Origin: Gordonia phage Sapo
Length of the DNA stretch: 32,000 nt
Reading direction: 5' to 3' (one strand)
Sequence record: OQ938587.1
Shown: positions 8,665 to 17,200 of the stretch, in pieces
Layout of the letters: every line of letters begins with the position of its first letter
Position numbering within the stretch: the stretch's first letter is position 1
Made by a program: the position numbers and the translations under genes
The notes under the pieces: generated by a model
What the model saw: the letters and a program-made list of their open reading frames with translations, nothing else
What the model was told of the DNA's origin: nothing
Databases searched by the model: none

Positions 8665-10773
8665 GTGGCCGTCGTTGGCGACTTCACGTTCTTTCACGTA
8701 ACGGCCCTGTGGCAACACCTGGTCGACGACACCCAGGCGGACCCGGACGCCTACCCGGACTCGGCCAAGCCGACCGGGCGAGTGACCTTTCGACCCTTCC
8801 TCGGTAAAGACCGCCAGGGCAACCTGCGGGTGGAGCTCCCGGCCGGGAACCCGACCACCGCGACCTCGTTCGGAGTGGTCACCGCGCTGGTTGCCGACGG
8901 CGAGCTCTGCGACCTGCAGGGCCGCGAGGGTGTCTGGCTCACCGGCAAGGCCGGAGACTACCCGGTCTGGTGGGAGGTCTCGGCGGAGCTGACCTGGCGC
9001 GGCAAAAAGGTTCCGACCCGGACGCTGGTCTTCGCCTACCAGGGCGAGGAAGAGGTACACCTCAACGACCTCGTCCCGGCCGAGGGACTCCCGCCCGACC
9101 TGTTCCCGTCTTACACCGACGCGGCACAGTCGGCCGCTGCGGCGCGGGCGGCACGCGACCAGGCCCTCGCCGCTGCTCTCCAGGCCCAGGAAGCGGCTGC
9201 TGGAGTCCAGGACGTAGCCGAGCAGGTGCAGCAGGTTGAAGCTTCCCGGACGGCAGCGGAAGCCGCGCGAGACCAGGCGGTGGCCGCAGCAGCGCAGACC
9301 ACCACCGACGCGGCTGCAGTCCAGCAGGTGGTGGACGACGCCACTGCAGTGCTGACGGGTTTGTTCCAGTCGGACCTGGACGCCCTGGACTCTGCCGTAA
9401 GCACGGCAACCGCAGCGCGCGACACCGCCCAGGGACACGCCACTGCGGCGGCGGGTTCGGCGACGACGGCGGGAGGGCACGCGAGCACTGCCTCCGGCGC
9501 GCGGGAGCAGGCGGTCACCGCAGCCTCCAACGCGAACCAGGCACGAACCGACGCCCAGTCCGCCCGCGACGACGCCCAGGCAGCACGCGATGTGGCCACG
9601 AACGCGGCGGCGCAGGCGACCGGGGACGCGGCTCTCGCGGCGACCTCGGAGTCCAACGCGGGCACTTGGGCTCTCGCGGCCGACGCCTCGGCGGACCGGG
9701 CGGAGGCTGCAGCCCAGGAGGCCGAAGAAACCGTCGCGGCGGGAGTTCCGGCCGCTACCGTCAGCGCACGTGGTGGCGTTTTGCTCCCTGGCGGAGCTCC
9801 TGGAGAGCTCGGCGGCACCTGGGATCACCCGACCGTCACCGGTTGGGCGGCGAAGGCCGACCTAGTCAACGGCGTGGTTCCGACCAGCCAACTTCCCGCG
9901 CGAGCTCTCGTTACTACCAAGCTGGTCAACACTAGCGCGGAGCGGCTGGCCCTGACCGACGTGCAGGAAGGCGACTTCGCGGTCCAGCTGCAGAACCCCG
10001 GACGCGGCACCTACTCGCTGGGACCGGGCAACCCGAACCAGGAGTCTTCCTGGGTCCTGAACGTCTCTCCCACCGACGCGGTCTCCTCGGTCAACGGGTA
10101 CAACGGCGTGGTCGTCCTGGGCAAGGGAGACGTCGGACTAGGCAACGTCGACAACACTAGCGACGCGAACAAGCCGGTTTCCGGACCGCAGCAGACCGCG
10201 CTCAACGGCAAGGCCAACACGAGCCACAACCACTCGGCCTCGCAGGTGACCTCCGGAACCTTCGACTACGCACGGCTCCCGGTAGGTACCGGACCTAACA
10301 CGGTCGCGGCCGGAGACGACGCTCGGCTGGCCAACACCCGCGTCCCCACGGACAACTCGGTAACCACGGTCAAACTGCAGGACGCGGCGGTCACGGTGGC
10401 TAAGCTGGCACCCGAAGTGGTAACCGGGATCCAGGGTATGATCGACTCTTCGCTGGACGTCGCGCAACGCGTCACGGTGTCGGCGCAGACCGGCGCGTAC
10501 ACCCTCGCGGCTTCCGACGCGAACAAGGTCGTCGAGGTCACCAGCGCGACTCCGGTGAACGTCACGGTCCCGCCCGAGTCCTCGGTGAACTTCGCCGTCG
10601 GCGCGCTCGTCGAGGTTGTCCAGACTGGCGCGGGAAAGCTCACGGTGGTTGCCGGCTCAGGGGTTACCGTGAACGCGGCAGGAGACGTGAAGACCACTCG
10701 CTCGCAGTGGTCCTCGGTCCTGCTGCGCAAACGCGGCGCGAACGACTGGGTCCTCGCAGGAGACCTCGGCTAG
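8665..10773 (+). CDS. Long tail fibre protein with Ala-rich coiled-coil stalk
   Basis: 702 aa. Ala-rich stalk (AAEAARDQAVAAAAQTT...), then the fibre motif KGDVGLGNVDNTSDANKPVS and HNHSASQVTSGTFDYARLPVG. Confidence 0.8.
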   Translation: MAVVGDFTFFHVTALWQHLVDDTQADPDAYPDSAKPTGRVTFRPFLGKDRQGNLRVELPAGNPTTATSFGVVTALVADGELCDLQGREGVWLTGKAGDYPVWWEVSAELTWRGKKVPTRTLVFAYQGEEEVHLNDLVPAEGLPPDLFPSYTDAAQSAAAARAARDQALAAALQAQEAAAGVQDVAEQVQQVEASRTAAEAARDQAVAAAAQTTTDAAAVQQVVDDATAVLTGLFQSDLDALDSAVSTATAARDTAQGHATAAAGSATTAGGHASTASGAREQAVTAASNANQARTDAQSARDDAQAARDVATNAAAQATGDAALAATSESNAGTWALAADASADRAEAAAQEAEETVAAGVPAATVSARGGVLLPGGAPGELGGTWDHPTVTGWAAKADLVNGVVPTSQLPARALVTTKLVNTSAERLALTDVQEGDFAVQLQNPGRGTYSLGPGNPNQESSWVLNVSPTDAVSSVNGYNGVVVLGKGDVGLGNVDNTSDANKPVSGPQQTALNGKANTSHNHSASQVTSGTFDYARLPVGTGPNTVAAGDDARLANTRVPTDNSVTTVKLQDAAVTVAKLAPEVVTGIQGMIDSSLDVAQRVTVSAQTGAYTLAASDANKVVEVTSATPVNVTVPPESSVNFAVGALVEVVQTGAGKLTVVAGSGVTVNAAGDVKTTRSQWSSVLLRKRGANDWVLAGDLG

Positions 10774-11387
10774 TGGCACTCCCGAACGCGCGCTACCGCA
10801 CGCAACCCAAGAAGCAGGTGGCGGATCCGACCTTCGTGCAGGGTACCGGAGCCGCGACTACGAACAGTTCACCAACTTGCCAGCTCTCGACTGCAGCGGG
10901 CTCGAAGGTTTTCGTCGGCGCAACCTCGAACACGGGAACCCTGGCTCTCCGGGTCGACGGCAACTCGACTCCCGTCCCGACGTACGGCCAGGTCACCGCA
11001 ACGCGACTGCAGTTCTTTTGGGTCCTGGACCTCGCGCCCGGTCTGCACACCTTCAACGTGGACGGCGGCGGTTCCTGGGAGACCTTGGCCGTGGTCGAGT
11101 ACCAGGGCGTGAACCTGGTTGGTCCCTACACGTCGAAGGTCTCCTCCTCGCAGGTCCAGACGCACACCCCGGACGGTGCAGGAAAGCTCGCACTCGCGCT
11201 GGTAGCTTCGGCTACCGTGGGTGGCGCGACCGGCGCGGACCCAGCGAACTACGTCGGCACCCTGCGCCAGCGACAGGTCGGCGGTAGCAACAACCAGTCG
11301 GTGGCCTGGGTAGACAACCTTACCGCCCCGCTCGGGCTGCAGGCCTCGGGCGTGGCGGCTTCGGTTGGCTGTGTCTGGTTGAGCTAG
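10773..11387 (+). CDS. Minor tail / fibre-tip-like protein
   Basis: GTG start overlapping the fibre TAG stop (VALPNARYRTQPKKQVADPTF...); beta-rich Ser/Thr/Gly composition. Confidence 0.6.
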   Translation: MALPNARYRTQPKKQVADPTFVQGTGAATTNSSPTCQLSTAAGSKVFVGATSNTGTLALRVDGNSTPVPTYGQVTATRLQFFWVLDLAPGLHTFNVDGGGSWETLAVVEYQGVNLVGPYTSKVSSSQVQTHTPDGAGKLALALVASATVGGATGADPANYVGTLRQRQVGGSNNQSVAWVDNLTAPLGLQASGVAASVGCVWLS

Positions 11388-13948
11388 TCCTGGGAGCGGT
11401 AGACGACCTCACGGGCGAGCTCGCCGGTCAGAACCGCGAAACGTCGGACCGGCCCGTTTTGGCCGACGCGGGCGCGGCGACCTCGCTCGACCTCGCCGGG
11501 TGACGCCTGGGCCAGCGCTTCGAGCTGCTGGTTCAGGCCGTTTTCCGACTCGGTCCGGGAGGAGACGTTGCCGAAGTTCTCCTTCTTCCACCAGTCAGCC
11601 AGCGCGCGGACGTTGAAGTAGACCTCGTAGTCCTCGCCCTCGTCCTCCTTGTAGGCGGTGGCAACCGGCGAGCGACCAGCCGGGTTGAGGGTCTTGTCCG
11701 ACAGGTACTTCGGGAGCAGCTTCTGGGTCAGGGTGTTGTCGTTCTTCAACGTGACGCGGGTGTTACCCGAGGAGTCCTGGGTTTCGCGAGGAGCCTCGAG
11801 AACCTGGGTTCGGACGACCTCGGAGTAGTGACCGCCACCCTTCAGCAGCAGGTCGGTGTCGCGCTCCTTCGACAGCAGGTAGTCCAGCAGGCGCGAGCCG
11901 ACGGCCAGGACCAGCAGACGCGAGCCCTCGCGGCCCGAGGGGAGCTTGGTACGCAACTCGACGCACGCCTTGGCGAGCTCGCGTTCTACGGCCAGTACTG
12001 CGGTGACGTAGTGACCGGCCAGCGCGGAGCCTCCGCCGAGCTGGGTCAGGTAGTCGGTCACCTCGACCACGTCGTTCCACTGCGAGTAGTCGCCCTTGGC
12101 CGACTTGCGCTCGGTCGGCGAAGAGGGGTTAACCAGCACGCAGCGGTCCAGCGTGGCCTTCTGGTCGTGCAGTTCCAGCGACTCGCCGGAGAGCAGGAGA
12201 GAACCCACGAGGTCGTAGTTCACCGACACCGACTGGTTGACCATCTTGGTCAACGTACCACCTGCTGTGAGTACCCGGATCAGCTCGTGAACCGACTGCG
12301 GCTCGTCCAGGTCGTCGACCCAGACCACCCCGTTGTAGTTCGCCGCGAGCGCGTTTCGGAGGGTCGGAACAGTGTAGTGTCCCTCGCCGGTCGTGCTACC
12401 CGAGAGTTGCACCATCAGACTGAAGAAGCCCGAGGTCTTGCCGGACCCCGAGGCTGCCTCGACCGCGCAAACGGGGAACAGCGGCACGTGCTTGCGGACC
12501 AGGTGCTTCGCGAAGTTCGCGGCCCACCACCCACCGAAGAGCGCAACGGTCAGGTCGTCCTGGAAGGTACAGACCTCGGCCAGGACCTGCCGCGCCTCCT
12601 CGGCCGTCTTCTCGGTGCCGTAGCGCTGCGTGGCCGCACGGGAGGACCTCAGCGTGGGGTTCGGGCGGGCCACGGAGAAACCGCGAGGGCCGTTGTGGTC
12701 CAGGACCCCGTCGAAGGTCAGGTAGCCTTGCTCCTCGTCACTCCAGCCCAGACGGTTCGCCTGCAGCGCGACCGGCGCGGGCTGGGACTGCAGGTACTGG
12801 TGCAACTTGGTCGGCCACTCCGGCGTCTTGTGGACCAGTTTGTCCGGCTGCGTGACCGAGGCCCCGAAGGAGGCGAGCCGACGTTTCAGCGCGCGGGCGT
12901 CGCCGAACAGGTCGGCTTCCAGCGAGACCGGCGTCTCGGTCTTGTCGCGGTAGAGCTGCAGCAGGCAGTCGTAGGTCAGCGAGTTGTCTTCGGGGTCCCG
13001 CAGGACGCCCACCAGCTTCAGGTCGAAGTCGGCGAACTGGACCGCCACCGGCTCGGTCTTCTTGTCGTCGCCGACGTAACCGGCCGTGAGCAACTGGTAG
13101 TCCTCCGAGACCAACCACCCGGCCTCCTCCTTCAAGGTCTCCAGGAAGTCGCGTTCCGGGTGTCCCGAGCTCTCGGTGTTCCAGACTGACTTGCCGGTCT
13201 TGTCGACTTCGCCCTGGTCCAGGGGTGGCGTGAGCAGCTTGTTCGCCGCGTTGACGTGGTACCAGTAGAGGTCCGGCTCAGCGCGGTAGCGTTTGGCGTA
13301 GTGGCCGCAGACCTTGGTGAGCCACTCGTTGCGACCACCCTCGGCGGGCGGGTTGTTGAGTAGAGAGGTCAGCAGCGACTTGACGTCTGCGTTGCCCTCA
13401 CCACCCGTGGCCTGGGCCGTGCGAACCCGCTTCAGCAGGTCGTCGGGGACGAACACCACTGGCTGGTCGTCCTGGGTGTACTTCTTGCCGGTGTCCGGGT
13501 GGACCGAACCAGGGAGCACGACGTAGGAGTTCGCGCCGGTCTTGACGTCGACGCCGGGGCCGAGAACGTTCGAGCCGGACTTGACCCGCTGCAGGTCGTG
13601 CAGCGAGTAGACCAGGTGGACGCCTCCGTCCCCGCGCCCCGAGAAGTGGCTGCGGGTCGGCGGCAGGTCCTCGGGGACTTTACCGCCCGAGCGGGGGTCG
13701 ACGTCCACGACGAGCTTTCCGGCGCAGCTCCCGCCAACGTTGCAGTCGGGGTACTGTTTGGCCCAGCGCGCCAGCGTCTCCGGGTCACGGGTGGCGTCTT
13801 TGACACCCCCGGACTTCGCGTAGGGTTCCTTCGAACGCGGGGCCAGCGGGAACACCGACCAGCCCTGGCCGACCCAGTAGAGAAACAGGTCCTCGACGTT
13901 TTCCAGGTCCTGGGGTTGAGCAGCGGACAGGTTCTGTGGTAGTTTCAA
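11384..13948 (-). CDS. Bifunctional primase-polymerase (PrimPol) fused to P-loop helicase domain
   Basis: N-terminus FPLAPRSKEPYA...VGGSCAGKLVVDVDPRSGG...TRSHFSGRGDGGVHLVY...GVDVKTGANSYVVLPGS is PrimPol-like. C-terminus has Walker A (AASGSGKTS) and Walker B (GVVWVDDLD). Apparent TTG start at 13948 is uncertain. Confidence 0.8.
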   Translation of the reverse strand: MKLPQNLSAAQPQDLENVEDLFLYWVGQGWSVFPLAPRSKEPYAKSGGVKDATRDPETLARWAKQYPDCNVGGSCAGKLVVDVDPRSGGKVPEDLPPTRSHFSGRGDGGVHLVYSLHDLQRVKSGSNVLGPGVDVKTGANSYVVLPGSVHPDTGKKYTQDDQPVVFVPDDLLKRVRTAQATGGEGNADVKSLLTSLLNNPPAEGGRNEWLTKVCGHYAKRYRAEPDLYWYHVNAANKLLTPPLDQGEVDKTGKSVWNTESSGHPERDFLETLKEEAGWLVSEDYQLLTAGYVGDDKKTEPVAVQFADFDLKLVGVLRDPEDNSLTYDCLLQLYRDKTETPVSLEADLFGDARALKRRLASFGASVTQPDKLVHKTPEWPTKLHQYLQSQPAPVALQANRLGWSDEEQGYLTFDGVLDHNGPRGFSVARPNPTLRSSRAATQRYGTEKTAEEARQVLAEVCTFQDDLTVALFGGWWAANFAKHLVRKHVPLFPVCAVEAASGSGKTSGFFSLMVQLSGSTTGEGHYTVPTLRNALAANYNGVVWVDDLDEPQSVHELIRVLTAGGTLTKMVNQSVSVNYDLVGSLLLSGESLELHDQKATLDRCVLVNPSSPTERKSAKGDYSQWNDVVEVTDYLTQLGGGSALAGHYVTAVLAVERELAKACVELRTKLPSGREGSRLLVLAVGSRLLDYLLSKERDTDLLLKGGGHYSEVVRTQVLEAPRETQDSSGNTRVTLKNDNTLTQKLLPKYLSDKTLNPAGRSPVATAYKEDEGEDYEVYFNVRALADWWKKENFGNVSSRTESENGLNQQLEALAQASPGEVERGRRARVGQNGPVRRFAVLTGELAREVVYRSQD

Positions 13949-13984
13949 GGGGAACTGGCTCTCTTCCTAGCGCGGGTTCTTGGG

Positions 13985-14036
13985 TGAGAACGACCCCCGG
14001 AAGCTCAAAAGGCGACCGGGGGTCGTTCGTCTCACG
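13985..14036. terminator. Hairpin between DUF669-like gene and PrimPol gene
   Basis: GTGAGaACGACCCCCGG ... CCGGGGGTCGTTCGTCTCAC, a near-perfect long stem in the intergenic gap. Confidence 0.7.
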
Positions 14037-14045
14037 GGGTCTTAC

Positions 14046-14513
14046 TCAGTACTCGTCGGCCGGTTCGTCCTCCTTCGAGCTGGCGACGTCCTCGGGGTCG
14101 AAGTCCCACTCGTCCGGGTTGAACTCCGAGAGCGACTGCACCGAGTTGCGCAGCTGACCGGCCTTCGGACCTTTGCCGATCGGCTCCTGGACGAGGTAGA
14201 GCACGACCCACTCCCCGACCAGCTCGTCGGTGTCGGAGTCCGAGGTGTAGCCGAAGGCCTCGAACGTGGCCTTCAGGAAGCCGAGCGACTTCGGCGACAG
14301 CGAGGTGTTGTTCCACTGGCGACCGGGCTTCTTGCCGCCCTCCTCGTCGTGCAGGTTCTCGAACTCCCACACCCAGTAAGGGTACTCGTTCCCGTCCTTC
14401 TGGACAACTCCGCGCAGCTGAGCCGCGTAGCGTCCCTCGGGGAGCAGGAAAGAACCGGACGCGGCCTCGGCCTTGTCGACCTGGGACGCGACCTTCTTGG
14501 TGAGCTTGGGCAC
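14046..14513 (-). CDS. DUF669 / single-strand-binding-like recombination accessory protein
   Basis: 155 aa with LLPEGRYAAQLRGVVQKDG...YWVWEF and acidic C-terminus (EDEPADEY), adjacent to a Sak4-like ATPase. Confidence 0.55.
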   Translation of the reverse strand: MPKLTKKVASQVDKAEAASGSFLLPEGRYAAQLRGVVQKDGNEYPYWVWEFENLHDEEGGKKPGRQWNNTSLSPKSLGFLKATFEAFGYTSDSDTDELVGEWVVLYLVQEPIGKGPKAGQLRNSVQSLSEFNPDEWDFDPEDVASSKEDEPADEY

Positions 14514-14545
14514 TTTGTTTCTCTTCTCTCTTGTTTCTTCTTGTT

Positions 14546-14569
14546 GACCCGGCCTGCAGACCGGGGGTC
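14546..14569. terminator. Small GC-rich hairpin (attenuator/terminator candidate) in leftward operon
   Basis: GACCCGG CCTGCAGA CCGGGGGTC, between the Sak4-like and DUF669-like genes. Confidence 0.4.
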
Positions 14570-14578
14570 TTTGGGGGG

Positions 14579-15607
14579 TCAGTTACGACCCAGGTAACCG
14601 TCTCCTCCGTCACCTTCAGCTGCCTGCTCGGCTGCTTTTTCAGCTAACGGAGTTTTGGGTGCGGCCTTCTTCGCTGGAGCCTTGCGAGCGGTGGTCTTGC
14701 GGGCGGTCTTGCGCTCCTCCTTGGCCGCAGCCTCCGCCGCAGCCGCGTCGGCCCGCGCCTTCTCCTTCGCCGCGAGCTCGTCCTGCAGCGGGTCGGCCTC
14801 GGTCTCGTAGACCCCGTTGACGTAGTCCAGGACGCGAACGAAGTTCGGCTCGGCCAGAACGTCCGGGAGGGCGTTGAGCCGGTCCTTGGCGCGGACGCGG
14901 GCGGTCGGGGTAAAGCGCGCCCGGAAGTCGTTCTCTGGGCTGGCGAAGCGGCCGACGAGGTCCGCGTAGCCCAGGACGTCAGTACACAGGGCTGGAGTGA
15001 GTGCAGGACGGTACTGCTTGGCGTCCTCGTCGTCCTTCTCCAAGCACAGGAGCACGACGTGGCAGGGGAGGTCCCGGAACTTGCGGACGAGTTGACGGAG
15101 CTGGTTGGTCATGACCCCGTAGTCGTCGCGGTCGACGAAGTCCGGGTCGACCTCGACGCGGGACTTGGCCACGCGCTTCTCGGTGGCCTGCTCGCGCAGG
15201 ACCGTGTGCACCTCGGTCAGCGAGTCGACCACGACGCAGAACCAGGACTTGGGGTCGTCGGTCAGGTCGGCCAGCAGGTTCTGGTGTAGAGCCTCCAGGG
15301 TCTGCTTGTTGACCGGCGTCCCCTCGGGAGGCCAGACCGCGAGGTTCTCGACCTTGACGCCCTGCTTGCGGAGCGCGGTCTTCTTCAACCCGCCCTCGAC
15401 GTTCACGAAGAGGGTTCGGCCGAGGTTTGCCGCGTGCGCTGCGGCCGTGGTCTTGCCGGTCCCCTCGTGGCCGTAGAACGTCGCCTTGACGTAGTCGGTC
15501 GTCTCTTCGAGCGGGGTGAACCAGTCACCGTTGCTCTTCGCGGCCGGTGCCGAGGGGGTTTCCTCCTCGGGCTCCGCGACCTTGGTTACTGCTCCTGCCT
15601 TGGGCAC
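14579..15607 (-). CDS. Sak4-like RecA/Rad51-family AAA ATPase (recombinase)
   Basis: Walker A GHEGTGKTT, Walker B-like FCVVVDSLTE, Lys/Ala-rich tail; beside an SSB-like gene and a Cas4-like nuclease. Confidence 0.75.
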   Translation of the reverse strand: MPKAGAVTKVAEPEEETPSAPAAKSNGDWFTPLEETTDYVKATFYGHEGTGKTTAAAHAANLGRTLFVNVEGGLKKTALRKQGVKVENLAVWPPEGTPVNKQTLEALHQNLLADLTDDPKSWFCVVVDSLTEVHTVLREQATEKRVAKSRVEVDPDFVDRDDYGVMTNQLRQLVRKFRDLPCHVVLLCLEKDDEDAKQYRPALTPALCTDVLGYADLVGRFASPENDFRARFTPTARVRAKDRLNALPDVLAEPNFVRVLDYVNGVYETEADPLQDELAAKEKARADAAAAEAAAKEERKTARKTTARKAPAKKAAPKTPLAEKAAEQAAEGDGGDGYLGRN

Positions 15608-15652
15608 TGTCTCTCTTCTCTCTTTTGGGTGTGTAACTTACACTGTTGTACG

Positions 15653-16714
15653 CTACCAGCTGCGGGGTGGTACCCACAAGTGCGGCTTTGGCGTACCGGC
15701 CGGAGGCACGCGAGACACCACCGGGTCCTCTTCGTACTCACGGTGCTTGCGCTCGTTGACCTGGAAGCCGAAGTCGCGCAGAACCGTCTCCTCGTCGGCC
15801 ACGCCTTTACGGTAGAGCAGGTGGGCCTGCAGGAAGTCGCAACGCCAGGAGCAGCGGTCCGGGGCCGGAGAGGAGTGCAGTGGTGTGTCACCCCAAGCTG
15901 CCTGGGCGGTAGCCGCAGCGTCTCTCGCGAGGTTTTCCAGCTCCAGGTCGGTGCGGAAGGTCTCGACTCGACGGAAGCGCTGTTCGAGCGTCATCGGACT
16001 CTTGTTGCGCTGCGTCCGGGCGTCCGAGCGCACGGTCCCGAAAACAGGGTAACCGAGCTGGCGAAGTGCCCAGGTGTAGAGTCCAAACTGGTCGTCGAGG
16101 TCGACTTCGACCTGTCGGCTGAAGTCTCGAGCCGACTTGTGGTCTACCAACCAGACTCGGCCGGTCGTGCGGTCGCGAACCACGAGGTCGACCTTGAAGC
16201 GCAGCCAGACGCGGGGCGAGCCTTCGGGCACCGGCAACAGCGCGTACTTGGCCGTCTCGACCTCCAGGACCTCCCAGTCTGGGTCCACCCCGTAACAGTC
16301 GAGGTGTCCGTCGTAGAGCCACTCGACCTTCTCCTGGTCCTCGTTCTGTCGACCGGCCTCGTCGTACAGCAGGTTCTCTTTGGCCCAGTTGAACAAGAAC
16401 GCGGGGTTGACCGCGACGTTCTTTCCGAAACGCTGGACCCAGGTGTAGTGGCACTCCAGGACCAGGTGCCACAGGGACCCTCGCGAGAGTGGCGTACCCA
16501 CCTTCGGCTGTTTGACCCAGCGGTCTTTGTACGACCACTTGTGTTTCAGTGGGCACTGCCGGTAGGCGTCGAGTTCGGAGTAGGTGACGACCAGCTCGCC
16601 GGGTGCGGGTTCAGTCGGTGTAGGGAAAAGCTCCGAAGAGGTCGGTTTCGTGCGCTGGCGTGCCTTGGTGGCGGAGGAGCCAGTGGTAGCCGTGGACTTG
16701 GGCGTCTTGGGCAT
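15653..16714 (-). CDS. PD-(D/E)XK exonuclease, Cas4/RecB-like
   Basis: VTYSELDAYRQCPLKHKWSY N-terminal motif; FKVDLVVRDRTTGRVWLVDHKSA matches the D...(D/E)xK nuclease core. SD GGAAAGG upstream of ATG at 16714. Confidence 0.75.
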   Translation of the reverse strand: MPKTPKSTATTGSSATKARQRTKPTSSELFPTPTEPAPGELVVTYSELDAYRQCPLKHKWSYKDRWVKQPKVGTPLSRGSLWHLVLECHYTWVQRFGKNVAVNPAFLFNWAKENLLYDEAGRQNEDQEKVEWLYDGHLDCYGVDPDWEVLEVETAKYALLPVPEGSPRVWLRFKVDLVVRDRTTGRVWLVDHKSARDFSRQVEVDLDDQFGLYTWALRQLGYPVFGTVRSDARTQRNKSPMTLEQRFRRVETFRTDLELENLARDAAATAQAAWGDTPLHSSPAPDRCSWRCDFLQAHLLYRKGVADEETVLRDFGFQVNERKHREYEEDPVVSRVPPAGTPKPHLWVPPRSW

Positions 16715-17060
16715 GGGAACCCTTTCCGGGTGGGACGAGCGGCAGGTCGTGGGCGCGGCAGTAGGCCGCAGTAGCTTTCTTGACGGAGGCGGACTGGAGG
16801 TAGACCGGGCAGTGGTTCAGTTTCGCCCAGTAAGTCAACGCGCCCACGTGCTGCGCGGTGACCAGGGTCGTGCGGGACAGGGCCTTCGCCTTGTCTGGGT
16901 AGAGCCGGAACTCCTCGACCACGAGAGTCGAGGGGTGGTAGAACTCCAGGTGGCCGAAGCTTTCCTGGGGGGTGGTCTGGAAGCAGTCTTCGACTTCGTC
17001 GTCGACCCAGACACAGAACCCGACGTACTCCTCGCCGGGGTCGACTGAAACCCACCTCAC
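16611..17060 (-). CDS. RuvC-like Holliday junction resolvase
   Basis: VRWVSVDPGEEYVGF, LVVEEFRLY and HAQDAQVHG fit the RuvC acidic residues. GTG start at 17060 overlaps the upstream TGA (GTGA). Confidence 0.75.
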   Translation of the reverse strand: MRWVSVDPGEEYVGFCVWVDDEVEDCFQTTPQESFGHLEFYHPSTLVVEEFRLYPDKAKALSRTTLVTAQHVGALTYWAKLNHCPVYLQSASVKKATAAYCRAHDLPLVPPGKGSHAQDAQVHGYHWLLRHQGTPAHETDLFGAFPYTD

Positions 17061-17200
17061 GCGCACTCTCCGGCGTGGTAGAGACAGCACTCCTCGCAGT
17101 ACGGTTCGGACTTGGTCGGCCAACGCAGGTCGAAGGTGTAGTCGGTCTCGCCACGGGTCGTGAAGCGGTCGTGTGGTTGGGCGACGTCGGTGAGTTTCAC
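17057..17200 (-). CDS. Small Cys-containing protein (47 aa)
   Basis: VKLTDVAQPHDRFTTRGETDYTFDLRWPTKSEPYCEECCLYHAGECA, with GTGA overlaps at both ends. Confidence 0.55.
   Translation of the reverse strand: MKLTDVAQPHDRFTTRGETDYTFDLRWPTKSEPYCEECCLYHAGECA

Noticed and set aside
8647-9828. 393 aa minus-strand ORF opposite the tail fibre
   Set aside because: Shadow ORF of an Ala-rich fibre gene.
11828-13189. 453 aa plus-strand ORF antisense to the PrimPol-helicase gene
   Set aside because: Mirror ORF caused by high GC; the opposite strand has clear PrimPol and Walker motifs, and this ORF has low-complexity Arg/Gly/Val-rich composition.
14546-14569. Attenuator controlling recombination genes
   Set aside because: Hairpin is real but has no clear U-tract; kept only as a low-confidence terminator.
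15434-16774. 446 aa plus-strand ORF antisense to Cas4-like and RuvC-like genes
   Set aside because: No recognisable domain; runs across two real genes and an intergenic promoter-like region.
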